64,000 nucleotides of DNA from Candidatus Thorarchaeota archaeon (GTDB lineage Archaea > Asgardarchaeota > Thorarchaeia > Thorarchaeales > Thorarchaeaceae), in the NCBI GenBank assembly GCA_048882045.1, contig JBHLRZ010000013.1:21365-85364 (forward strand). The letters are read 5' to 3'. The notes under the pieces were generated by a model that saw only the letters and a list, made by a program, of their open reading frames with translations, did no database searches and was not told the DNA's origin. The translations under genes were made by a program, and so were the position numbers. Below, piece after piece: positions 21,401 to 29,849 of this stretch (positions are counted from its first letter, which is position 1; each line of letters starts with the position of its first letter).

Positions 21401-22954
21401 TCAATTGTGAATGCAACCGTCATTGCAACGCTGGATGGTACTGACTATATTCTTCAATATGATTCTGTGGAAGAAATATACTACATAGAAATAATTCTCG
21501 ACATCAATCCAGGAGATTACATCATCTATATCTCAGCCTCAGCGCAATATGCAGTATACGCAACCAATCAAGCCGATTTCACTGTGAGACCGAAGACTCA
21601 TGTCTACCTAGAAATCACATTTGACGGCGACCTGACTGCAGGACAATTCATGGAGATTCGAGCAACGCTAAGAGAAAATGGCACTAATGATGCAGTTCCG
21701 GGAGAGCCAATTCGATTCGAAGTTTGGGTGTACTTCGATAATGGTACAGTCATCCATTATGCAGATGGCTCAATGGCAGACAATACCAACTCCGCAGGTG
21801 TTGCAGCCCTAGGATTTGAGGTTCCTTTTGGCAACATCAACAAACTGGTTGCTCATGTGATATTTGATGGCTCTCAGTTTCTATGGGCTACACAGCTTAT
21901 TGAAGAAACAGGTGTTGGAGTAAGTCCACTCTCACTCCTACTAGCGTTCTTCCTTTCCGATGTCGGACTTTTAATGATAATTTCAATAGCTCTGCTTGGT
22001 ATTGTTGCCGCTGGATATAACAGAGGAGTCAAGCCCAAGAAGAGAGCAGCCAGAAAGGGTCTGGAAAACCAGCTTCAAATGTTCAAGGACCTCGAAACTG
22101 TCCAGCATTTCATGGCAGTGTATCTCGATCGTGGGACATGTGTGTTCTATCATCCGTTTGCAGAAGACAGAATCCAACCAGATTTGATCAGTGGTTTCAT
22201 AGCTGCCATCACCAGTGTATATGGCGAGATCAAAGGAGATGGCGTGCGTGGAACTCTTGAAGAGATTCAGTATCAAGGACTTCGACTAAACAGTTACAGT
22301 GGTCAATATATCATCGGAATTCTGATTCTTGGTGGAGAGATGACTCCACTTCTAAGGGAGAGGCTGCAGTTCTTTGTTGAGTTGTTTGAGAATCAATATG
22401 ACCATGACCTCGATGGTTGGACTGGAGTCGTGGACTGCTTCGACCCTGAGTGGGTTGTGTCAACACTCAACTCAGCTTTCAACTATTCCTGGCACCTACC
22501 TCATAGATTCGGACCAACTCAAAAAGTGTCAAAGGATGACGCTAGGATACTGGACTACATTGGTGCAGTAAGAGATGAGAGAAACGAGTTCTACATCAAA
22601 GACCTCCTGACACCCTTGGCTGAGATGTTGGACAAGACTCCAGCTCAAGTGCTAGATAGACTCCTTTACTTGCAGGATAAAGGTGTCATAGTTCCAATTG
22701 GAATTCAGACTATTCTTCAGAGACAAGGACTAGCGCTGGTTGATGGTACAGAGGAGTGGCAACCACCGGCTAAGGAGGAACCTGTTGAGGAGCTTGAGTA
22801 CGAACTGGAGGCACCACCAGATGAAGAGATAGAACCTGAACCTGTGGAAGAAGAAGCTGAGGTTGATGAACTAGAAGCATTCGTTCAAGATGTCGAATCA
22901 CTTCTTGAAAAGGAAGCCGAGAAAGAGAAGCCAGAAGAGGATACTGAGAAATAG
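18497..22954 (+). CDS. Single-pass receptor-like surface protein: head paralogous to the giant protein, ~6 Ig-like repeats, TM, cytoplasmic longin-like domain, wHTH-like segment and acidic tail
   Basis: ATG after GAGGT; signal peptide; shared head (QLAQGFYN..HDG.L.NIS.LY, YAYFDIRSDYQDGSTN.VSSVQL); TM at ~21930-22020; G.C.F ... DLISGFIAAI ... RLQFFVELFENQY longin pattern; E/P-rich C-terminus. Confidence 0.82.
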   Translation: MRRAIISIIFILSLISFTSPTVTAPLGNPSSEISNSPTMDDMLIADILSSGAIVPIIQHLNRSFTNQLTTLSNSFALLDTHQNTVDLSSYQIPGWTLSKVIIENDNITAIPEREVAGSSASPSATLSFAIYETGIDVYINQLAQGFYNMSHDGQLQNISLLYMSPSYDPPNHDYAYFDIRSDYQDGSTNMVSSVQLGYVGISATWANVTEPVVLDAHNVYYAVINGTKLLDVSGSYPQIRWFYENNPGSFLTSRYSTEFGSWGSNSFEAILNYTYIPWNKTSNSALVYSSPSLIDTRIDGTPVSGSTWIVTSTNNITSFTIATNQSVNLYYNLTLCYTEDTIGNTLWGTDVSGAPIEWNVTTDLTFPAVSNVIARGMDITNIPLDWTGTGLYLGAAPAGSYSKSGTNVTCTGLSDGLWTYTSTAPNYVVDLSLFDTSDDSAIPYKVANTVIIDANATIENGVGTPQTGGAANLSVLQSSTLIYSPLEIPANLGAADFQWDIRATTNGNSTHSVELYWISTNQLEAGYITQEVFVYHSTTLVADEVNIDALTEVPSAFTIGINFDKISPTQGLETGTADVTYSFGSTVNQTLIDEGGGRWTWVVDTTGMENGVYPLTVYAEGFALENQSLVIMVNLAHQTSALNWSWSNTNDIAYLESTNLSVTYRYLLNETRINGATVNVTFQGSTYNMAWDSISQTYWIELTGANFTGVPGTFSLTVSAWKVGFAPQFNDTNMITIGSQTGEVFSVEYSPSTLNISYIESLFIQVSYNYSSVPIDSNTLVRITFNGSAQVDLVFNSTSAKWETTLLGVDYLGAWDIMVRATADGYTTRNDTALFTVFEDTPILISDWLLNSSTTDYATNAPLIIILTMSNGTPITDATVTFTAFGTFYPSPAGPGGQYTFSIDPTETRGVETFIVTVVRTGFVTSQITLNLTVEATTTLNFRNYVSSEYEQWNVTVEARYWDSFHSESIVNATVIATLDGTDYILQYDSVEEIYYIEIILDINPGDYIIYISASAQYAVYATNQADFTVRPKTHVYLEITFDGDLTAGQFMEIRATLRENGTNDAVPGEPIRFEVWVYFDNGTVIHYADGSMADNTNSAGVAALGFEVPFGNINKLVAHVIFDGSQFLWATQLIEETGVGVSPLSLLLAFFLSDVGLLMIISIALLGIVAAGYNRGVKPKKRAARKGLENQLQMFKDLETVQHFMAVYLDRGTCVFYHPFAEDRIQPDLISGFIAAITSVYGEIKGDGVRGTLEEIQYQGLRLNSYSGQYIIGILILGGEMTPLLRERLQFFVELFENQYDHDLDGWTGVVDCFDPEWVVSTLNSAFNYSWHLPHRFGPTQKVSKDDARILDYIGAVRDERNEFYIKDLLTPLAEMLDKTPAQVLDRLLYLQDKGVIVPIGIQTILQRQGLALVDGTEEWQPPAKEEPVEELEYELEAPPDEEIEPEPVEEEAEVDELEAFVQDVESLLEKEAEKEKPEEDTEK

Positions 22955-23019
22955 ACCTCAGAACTTCGAGCAAAGAACACTTATCAATCACACATCAGGG
23001 ACAGAGGCAGGGCTCAGTT

Positions 23020-23322
23020 ATGCCATGGGATATACTTACTTACAACATCATTGACAAACGCATTCTCAAGGTGGAGATTGCAACCCCCCTAATAGAGTTC
23101 ATTTACCTCAAAATCGATGACGTCAAGGAAGCCTGGTTAGAGATGTTGGGTCAGTTTGTAACTGAACAGCCTGGTATTGACATGTCCTGGGAAATGGAGC
23201 CAAAGGGAGAGGATGCTCTAGTTACCATAAAGATAGCAAAAATTGGGGAACTTCCTGAGTTCAGTCCGGAAGAAGCTCGAGGGGCAATTTCTGCAGTCGA
23301 TGCCATATTTGACAAGAAGTAG
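23020..23322 (+). CDS. Hypothetical protein (100 aa)
   Basis: ATG ORF filling the gap between genes; plausible composition; no motif. Confidence 0.65.
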   Translation: MPWDILTYNIIDKRILKVEIATPLIEFIYLKIDDVKEAWLEMLGQFVTEQPGIDMSWEMEPKGEDALVTIKIAKIGELPEFSPEEARGAISAVDAIFDKK

Positions 23323-23323
23323 T

Positions 23324-24580
23324 TTACTTGATATCGAAAACAGGTACTGCTCTAATCCCATTAGGGAGGACTGCAACCCTATTTGAAGATGCTAGAAGAC
23401 TTTTAGCAATCTCAAGTCCTTCTTGAGGGTCTTTCACTGAGGTCGAGTGGAATCTTTCCTCCACGAGAGACCGTCTCAGTCTGCTGCAAATCACGAGTTT
23501 TCTGGAATCAAGAACATGCCAGAGAAACTTGGCCTTATCATAACCGAGTGCAAAACTAGTTTCTGCCGCGATAGTAACCTCTTCTGGGGAGGAAAAATCG
23601 GAAACACCACGAAGGAATCCATTTGGTCCTACATCATCTTTGCACTCCGCAACCAGTACTATTGCCCCACCAATCTCGGTGACCTCGCAAGCAGCATATA
23701 GACTGTCAACAGCATCATAGAGTGTTAGATCACAAGGAAACCCACCAGCACTAACGATAGCGATGTCAGCCCTCCGGGTAAAATCAGCTCGAGCCAAAGG
23801 TTTTGCGGCTTCTACACCTGCTTCCCAGGTGGAGTAAGGATTCCCTGCGAATATATGTGCAACATGTCCTTGCCAATCTGCAACATAGTTTGCAATAAAA
23901 TCAAGCCCCCCAAGTTGGGATGCCTCAATCATATCGATACAAGAGGGTGTCGATGTGAAAAATGGAGCAGCATCTTGAAGCAGCCGGAGCTTCGCGTTCC
24001 GACGAATTGTCCTGTTGGCAGACACGTAAGGTAGGACAGACATGCGACCACCAGTAGCACCTGAGAATACGTCAGGACGAATTTCGCTTAATCCAATCTT
24101 CACATCAGCACAAAGAAACCTCTCGTTTGCTACAACCGGAGTGGAATGACTCGGGGTTTCTCCAACAAACTTGTGATTCTTAGAGCTGGCATCATGCAAT
24201 ACAAGGGAATGTCCTCGTGATTGAGGTGACCCAAGCATTTCGTCAATTACTTCTGGAGATACTCTCTGATCAGGATCGATAGAATAGAGAATAGTGATGT
24301 CATCAGGGTTGAAGGAGAATGTTTCCACACTGTTCAGGAGGAAATGCAGCAGATCCTGAACCAATTGAGTGTGTTCAATTCTGTTCACAACAATCGATAT
24401 CGAGTTAGCCTCTGAAACTATCTCTGAGAGGGGTCGTGAGTTTATTGGGTGCTCCAACACTCGCAGGAGCTCCGCGGATGGATGGGGGTGACCTTCCACA
24501 GTTTTTGGTTCTACGGCCTTTGTAGAAGAGTCCAGCTCAATTGGGAGAGATCCGTCTCCATACCGTAGATCTACTCTCAT
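23324..24580 (-). CDS. LarA/lactate-racemase-family (DUF2088) protein with degenerate catalytic motifs
   Basis: L.YG N-terminus, L..PI.S..L, G.TGGR.S.LP, ADIAIVSAGGFP.D.TLY and GGAIVLVAEC motifs. Confidence 0.85.
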   Translation of the reverse strand: MRVDLRYGDGSLPIELDSSTKAVEPKTVEGHPHPSAELLRVLEHPINSRPLSEIVSEANSISIVVNRIEHTQLVQDLLHFLLNSVETFSFNPDDITILYSIDPDQRVSPEVIDEMLGSPQSRGHSLVLHDASSKNHKFVGETPSHSTPVVANERFLCADVKIGLSEIRPDVFSGATGGRMSVLPYVSANRTIRRNAKLRLLQDAAPFFTSTPSCIDMIEASQLGGLDFIANYVADWQGHVAHIFAGNPYSTWEAGVEAAKPLARADFTRRADIAIVSAGGFPCDLTLYDAVDSLYAACEVTEIGGAIVLVAECKDDVGPNGFLRGVSDFSSPEEVTIAAETSFALGYDKAKFLWHVLDSRKLVICSRLRRSLVEERFHSTSVKDPQEGLEIAKSLLASSNRVAVLPNGIRAVPVFDIK

Positions 24581-24690
24581 TCTCTCAAATCCTGAAGTGA
24601 TGTTATCTATTCACCTCTTAAAGTTACAGCAGAAAGGTGAAATACCTTCATAACTTGCCACAGAAGAAAAACGTGGTGGACTCTAGCACA

Positions 24691-25413
24691 ATGAGAAGAT
24701 CAGACCAGTTATTGATTCTATCAGTAGTAGGACTTCTTGTCTATTTCATCCTAGGTCTGCTTTTTCCAGAGTTAGCTAGTCCATTTGCTGTGGTATACGA
24801 CATACTCTTAGACATCTCCTTCGCACTTGGATATACAGGAGCCCTCATTATTGCGTTCCTAGGCAATGCTACAATTCTATTTCCATTTCCTTACATTGGA
24901 ATTCCTTTCATTTTAGGAGGATTGACAGATGAGATGACCTCTTTGTTTGTTTTCGACCCTTGGCTTATTGGATTAGTTGCGGGCATAGGAGCCCTGGCTG
25001 GAGAAATGACTGGATACTTCATTGGTTATGGTGGTGGAAAGCTTATCGATCAAGAGAAGACAGGTTCGTTCAAGAATTTCATAGATTCACATCCGAAGGC
25101 TACACCACTGGTCCTTTGGTTTCTTGCAGCAACCCCAGTACCAGATGATATTCTGATAGTCCCACTTGGTGCTGCGAGATATCCGTGGTGGAAGGTTGCA
25201 CTTCCCCAGTTTATCGGAAAGACCATGTTCATGACTGCCATTGCGTGGGCAGGGAGATTTGGACTCGATATCGTTGAGAACATATTTGGGGGAACGAACC
25301 CATTGAGTCTTGTTTCGAGAGCATTGGAGGTTGCAGCACTGCTCTCTGTGATAATTGCTGTCTACCTGCTTGTTCGAATCGATTGGGACAAACTGATTTC
25401 AAAGACAGATTAG
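24691..25413 (+). CDS. DedA/VTT (SNARE-associated) family membrane protein
   Basis: GIGALAGEMTGYFIGYGG, LAATPVPDD..PLG and GK motifs; several hydrophobic segments. Start taken at ATG MRRSDQ. Confidence 0.85.
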   Translation: MRRSDQLLILSVVGLLVYFILGLLFPELASPFAVVYDILLDISFALGYTGALIIAFLGNATILFPFPYIGIPFILGGLTDEMTSLFVFDPWLIGLVAGIGALAGEMTGYFIGYGGGKLIDQEKTGSFKNFIDSHPKATPLVLWFLAATPVPDDILIVPLGAARYPWWKVALPQFIGKTMFMTAIAWAGRFGLDIVENIFGGTNPLSLVSRALEVAALLSVIIAVYLLVRIDWDKLISKTD

Positions 25414-25465
25414 GCGTGAGAAGCTTCATATTGTGCGTATCGGAGTTTGACACTGGTTTCATCCG

Positions 25466-26215
25466 ATGAGAACTGCAGACAAGGTGTTCATTGTATCTAT
25501 GGTCTTGATATTCATATACTGGGTCAGTCTGCTCCTCGTCCCAGACATTGCAAGTCCATTGACTCTATTCTTCGATTGGATGACACAGACATCGATAATT
25601 CTTGGATATCCTGGTGCTTTTCTTGCATGCTTTCTTGGGAGTGCGAGTGTGGTAATCGAAGTACCATTCGCAGGTGTACCATTCGTAATGGGGGCTTTAA
25701 CAGAAGGAGTTGGACAATATGTCTTTAATCCATGGTTTCTTGGGTTGGTTTGTGGAATTGGAGCAACTGTGGGAGATATGACGAGTTATGCATTGGGCTA
25801 TGCAGGGAGGAGGTTTGTCGATGAGGCTTCTACAAGTGGTTTTAGTAAATTCATCGAGAATCATCCACGTGCAACACCACTTGCAGTTTTTGTGTTGGCG
25901 GCAACACCGCTTCCTGTAGATCCAGCACTTGTATCTCTGGGTGTCGCTAGGTATTCAATTTGGAAACTGTTCATACCGAGTCTATTCGGAGAGATAATCT
26001 TTCTCACGGGGGTCTCTTGGGCAGGAAGGTTGAGCCTTGGGTGGTTGATGGATATTCTTGGGATTGGAGGTCCTACAACACCAGTGTCTAGTAGTCTAGA
26101 AGTTTTAGGCATCGTCATACTCATAGTCACAGTCTACGCAGTTGTCAGGTTTGATTGGACACAGAAGGCTCAGTCAGTTTGGAAACGCAGACAGGAACAA
26201 GTGATTGAAGAGTAG
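25466..26215 (+). CDS. DedA/VTT family membrane protein, tandem paralog
   Basis: GIGATVGDMTSYALGYAG and LAATPLPVD; colinear with the upstream paralog. Confidence 0.85.
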   Translation: MRTADKVFIVSMVLIFIYWVSLLLVPDIASPLTLFFDWMTQTSIILGYPGAFLACFLGSASVVIEVPFAGVPFVMGALTEGVGQYVFNPWFLGLVCGIGATVGDMTSYALGYAGRRFVDEASTSGFSKFIENHPRATPLAVFVLAATPLPVDPALVSLGVARYSIWKLFIPSLFGEIIFLTGVSWAGRLSLGWLMDILGIGGPTTPVSSSLEVLGIVILIVTVYAVVRFDWTQKAQSVWKRRQEQVIEE

Positions 26216-26218
26216 TTT

Positions 26219-27223
26219 CTAGTCTTCACTGTGGAACCCGTCAAGAAGTGCGGCGCCAGCTTTTGTAAGTGTCACGAACCCATCACGTAGTAATGCACCA
26301 ATTGCTCCTAGATCAATTCCACCTGATGTCAACAATCCAGAAGGCATCTTTACCATACCGATGTCATTCATCTCACCAAGGAGCTGTAAGAATGCGCCAA
26401 GTCGGTAAAGTGCGAGAAGTCCAACACAGTTAGAAAAGGCCCTCTTGATTCCTTCAATCACACCTTGTTTGGGATCTTTGAACTCTGATAGTGCTTTCTC
26501 AATTTGAAGGAACGAACAACACATTGTCTGGGAGTTTTCGTCTGGTTCGTCCATGAAATGCCCGGGAGCTTCCATCAAGAAAGGATCACGAATGAACCCC
26601 TCCACCTTCAATCGAGATTCTTCGTCAGGTATTGACCACCATGAATGCAGATGTTGATCTGAGAGAGGGCGAACCTCCAGACCTTTGTCGATCTCAGAGA
26701 CAGATAATTCAGCTGGGAAGAATGAGTGCCACCCAGGAATCATCCGAAATCCGACCTTGTCTTTTCCAGGTTTTTTGAGTTCTACTTGTCGCGAACAATA
26801 GTGGACGAGGTCATAGATAGCATACCTTCTCGAACCATCAAGATAGACAAAGATTGGTTCATAGTCTCCCTCGTGTGCAGGTACAGCCTGATAGTCCCAG
26901 ATATAGAAGTATTGAAGGCATACATCACTTCCATGTCGGACAACACGACCAAAGACACCAACAAAGTCTGTTGCACGAAGTGCATCACGAGTACCATCAG
27001 GAATCACTCCGTCAAGGGAGTTAGCTAGTGCCTTGTCACCTGATAGAACCCCGGATGTCAAGGGTAGATGTTTCTGAAGCAGAGCTTTGTCAAACTCTGC
27101 TGAGAGCCCTGGTTCGTGTTCATTGAACTTCATCTCATGAGGGGGTACGAAAACTCGAATTCTGTCCGAATGATTCTTTTCAACCAATACGTGCGCCTCT
27201 CTTCGCGATTGTATAAAAAGCAT
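26219..27223 (-). CDS. Hypothetical protein with a Vps62/NPP1-like LQYF...HEGDYE motif
   Basis: VCLQYFYIWDYQAVPAHEGDYEPIFVYL, followed by H and GWHS motifs. Confidence 0.6.
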   Translation of the reverse strand: MLFIQSRREAHVLVEKNHSDRIRVFVPPHEMKFNEHEPGLSAEFDKALLQKHLPLTSGVLSGDKALANSLDGVIPDGTRDALRATDFVGVFGRVVRHGSDVCLQYFYIWDYQAVPAHEGDYEPIFVYLDGSRRYAIYDLVHYCSRQVELKKPGKDKVGFRMIPGWHSFFPAELSVSEIDKGLEVRPLSDQHLHSWWSIPDEESRLKVEGFIRDPFLMEAPGHFMDEPDENSQTMCCSFLQIEKALSEFKDPKQGVIEGIKRAFSNCVGLLALYRLGAFLQLLGEMNDIGMVKMPSGLLTSGGIDLGAIGALLRDGFVTLTKAGAALLDGFHSED

Positions 27224-27285
27224 TTAGAGGTTCTGCAAAAAGAAAGCATCATCAGAGAAGGGGTCTCGATTGACCCCATTTCTGA

Positions 27286-27675
27286 TCATGCAGGTTTGAA
27301 AGCAAGATAGGTCTTGCCAGATTTGCCTTTCTCATAGTCGAGTTTCAGTGGGATGCCTAGTTTGACCTCTTTTGGTTTCAGGGGATCAAACCCGAGAAGT
27401 CTTGCACTGATTCTGGTTCCTTCTTCCAACTCAACGATAGCAATAAAGTAAGGAGCCTCATTTGCAAATTCATCAGGTGCAACATGGATCACTGTGAAAG
27501 AAACAAGTTTCCCTTTGCCACTTACTTCAGCCCATTGCATGTTGCGGCCTCCACAGTCATAGCAGGACCCTGAGGGTGGAGCAATGATCATTCCACAGTC
27601 CACACAACGATAGGTCTTGAACTGCCTCAGTTCGATATTCTTGAGATATTCTTCTATTGTCGGTTTTTCACTCAT
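27286..27675 (-). CDS. DUF35 Zn-ribbon/OB-fold protein (thiolase partner)
   Basis: CVDCG..PP..CYDCG, SGKGKLVSFTVIH and PY..AIVELEEG; overlaps the thiolase stop. Confidence 0.92.
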   Translation of the reverse strand: MSEKPTIEEYLKNIELRQFKTYRCVDCGMIIAPPSGSCYDCGGRNMQWAEVSGKGKLVSFTVIHVAPDEFANEAPYFIAIVELEEGTRISARLLGFDPLKPKEVKLGIPLKLDYEKGKSGKTYLAFKPA

Positions 27676-28844
27676 GCATCTCCCCTCCTCAAGACTGTGA
27701 CTACACACGTGGCACCTGTCCCGCCAAAGTTGTGGATTACAGCTTTGTCGTGGTTAGGAACCTGGTTGGGACCAGCGTCACCAGTGAGCTCACGGTACGC
27801 AACTACGACTTGCTTGACTCCAGTGGCGCCTACTGGGTGTCCAACTGCTTTCAGACCGCCCATCGGATTGATTGGTCTATCACCGTCTAGAGCAGTGATT
27901 CCTTCCCGGACTGCTCTTGCACCCTCACCCGGCTTGAAGAGGCCGATGTCCTCACTGGCAATGATTTCCGCGATTGTGAAGCAGTCATGAACCACTGCGA
28001 AGTCCATGTCATCTGCTGTAAGTCCAGCCATCTTGTATGCGGCTCTACTAGCATCAACAGAAGAACTGAATGACGTGAGGTCATCTCTATCACAGAGATT
28101 CATGGATGCAGATGCCTGACCGGAACCAATAATCTTCACGGGAAGGTCAGTATACTGTTTTGCCTTGTCATTAGAGGTTAGCACCAGTGCTGCAGCTCCG
28201 TCCGAGATGGGGGAGCAGTCGAACAGCTTCAATGGCCAAGCAACCACAGGAGGTCTCAACGCCTTCTCCATATCAATGGGTTTCTGGAACTGCGCCAAAG
28301 GATTGGTTGAAGCATTCTTGTGTGCCTTTATAGCAACTCTAGCCATGTCTTCCTCTGTCGTTCCATACTTGTGCATATGCGCAACAGCAGCAATAGCAAA
28401 GACTCCTGGAAAAGTCAGGCCGATGCTTGATTCAAATTGGTCATCTGCAGCTGCGGCAAGAGCTTCGGTCACCTCAGGAGTGGTTGATGAAGTCATCTTC
28501 TCAACTCCAGCAACAAGTACTGTGTCATACATTCCTGACTCAATAGCCATGACTGCAGCCCTCAAAGCAGTCGCACCGGACGCACAAGCTGCTTCGTGGC
28601 GTGTTGCGGGAAGTCCTTTCAGACCTGCAAAGTCGAGAAGTAATGGTGCAGTGTGACCTTGATGTATAAGCATCTCAGGGATGAAACTCCCGATGAAAGC
28701 AGCTTGAATATCTTTCTTTGGAATCCCAGCTTCTATCGTCGCCTTGTCTACAGCCTCAGCAAACATCTCACGCTGTGTGATTCCTTCAAGCTTTCCAAAC
28801 TTGGTTTGAGCACCGCTCACGATATTCGTATTTTTGAGGGGCAA
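27672..28844 (-). CDS. Thiolase (archaeal/SCP2-type acetyl-CoA C-acyltransferase)
   Basis: EAACASG, GVEKM, DCSPISDGAAA, HDCF and GHPVGATG. Probable TTG start after GAGGTG. Confidence 0.93.
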   Translation of the reverse strand: MPLKNTNIVSGAQTKFGKLEGITQREMFAEAVDKATIEAGIPKKDIQAAFIGSFIPEMLIHQGHTAPLLLDFAGLKGLPATRHEAACASGATALRAAVMAIESGMYDTVLVAGVEKMTSSTTPEVTEALAAAADDQFESSIGLTFPGVFAIAAVAHMHKYGTTEEDMARVAIKAHKNASTNPLAQFQKPIDMEKALRPPVVAWPLKLFDCSPISDGAAALVLTSNDKAKQYTDLPVKIIGSGQASASMNLCDRDDLTSFSSSVDASRAAYKMAGLTADDMDFAVVHDCFTIAEIIASEDIGLFKPGEGARAVREGITALDGDRPINPMGGLKAVGHPVGATGVKQVVVAYRELTGDAGPNQVPNHDKAVIHNFGGTGATCVVTVLRRGDA

Positions 28845-28982
28845 TCGTCGAAACACCTCGTCTAAATGCACACCCCGCCATAAAATACGAGTACAAAAGT
28901 TTAGGGGCCTGAGAGCTTTTTCCTTTACTTAGGTAGCTAACCTTAATTCATCAATTCAGATACTCTCTCTGAGGTGTAACAG

Positions 28983-29366
28983 ATGATTTTACCGATGATT
29001 GTTGGTTTCGTCATCGGAAGGGTGGTTAGTAGAAAATCATTGGTCTTAACAACTGCGCTCCTGATAGGCGCAGGAGTAGGATTGATTGCGAGTTACATGT
29101 TCATTCCCCTGCTGTATCCAATCTTCGCTGGAGATGCAGGATTAGTAGTTGGTCCTGAATTTCATTCCATTGGAATAATGATTCTTACGGAGAATTTTGT
29201 GATCTACAAGGAAGCAGTCTATATGATGACAAGATCCTATGTCATAGATTTAGTATTCATAATGACTGGTGGTATTTTCTCTGTAGTTGGAGCGTGGGAG
29301 GGAACCAGAAACAATTTGGTTCATCTTGAGGGGAAAAACGAATCAATATGGAGTTTTAACAAGTAG
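28983..29366 (+). CDS. Small membrane protein (paralog 1)
   Basis: GAGGTG RBS; about 3 hydrophobic segments; similar to the next gene (ILP..G..IGR.V.RK, PLLYP). Confidence 0.7.
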   Translation: MILPMIVGFVIGRVVSRKSLVLTTALLIGAGVGLIASYMFIPLLYPIFAGDAGLVVGPEFHSIGIMILTENFVIYKEAVYMMTRSYVIDLVFIMTGGIFSVVGAWEGTRNNLVHLEGKNESIWSFNK

Positions 29367-29418
29367 ATCGTGCTTGCTAAGAGCGCTATTAAAACAGAGA
29401 ATTGAGGTTGATATAAAA

Positions 29419-29799
29419 TTGATACTACCCTTTGTGTTAGGACTAATGATAGGCAGATTTGTTGGAAGGAAATTGATAGCTGCACTCATGGGATTGTCTT
29501 TCGGATTAGTATTAGGATTTATTTCAGGTTTTGAGGTCTTTCCTCTATTGTATCCATTTACGATAGTGCAAATTCCCTGGGTCGGTGTCCCAGAAATTCG
29601 GCGAGTGGGGATTTCACTGGCTATACCAGACTTTATCCTCCTTCAAGAGTCCATTCATTTTCTATCCTATTCATTGACTTTCATGTCAATCCTCGTTGTG
29701 GTCAGTGTCATTGGAGCAATAATTGGAGTAATCATAGGTAGGAAATACAATCCAAGCGATTTGGACTCACCTTGGAGTGGATTGGATAGGGAACTGTAG
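29419..29799 (+). CDS. Small membrane protein (paralog 2)
   Basis: TTG start after GAGGT gives MILPFVLGLMIGRFVGRK, colinear with 28983..29366. Confidence 0.7.
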   Translation: MILPFVLGLMIGRFVGRKLIAALMGLSFGLVLGFISGFEVFPLLYPFTIVQIPWVGVPEIRRVGISLAIPDFILLQESIHFLSYSLTFMSILVVVSVIGAIIGVIIGRKYNPSDLDSPWSGLDREL

Positions 29800-29849
29800 T
29801 CGTTCCCAAGACATAAAAGTCAGTCAACAGTGAACAGTTCTGATTGACA

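Noticed and set aside
27286-28844. Mevalonate-pathway thiolase/HMG-CoA synthase/DUF35 complex
   Set aside because: No HMG-CoA synthase is adjacent; the nearby acyl-CoA dehydrogenase makes a catabolic role at least as likely.
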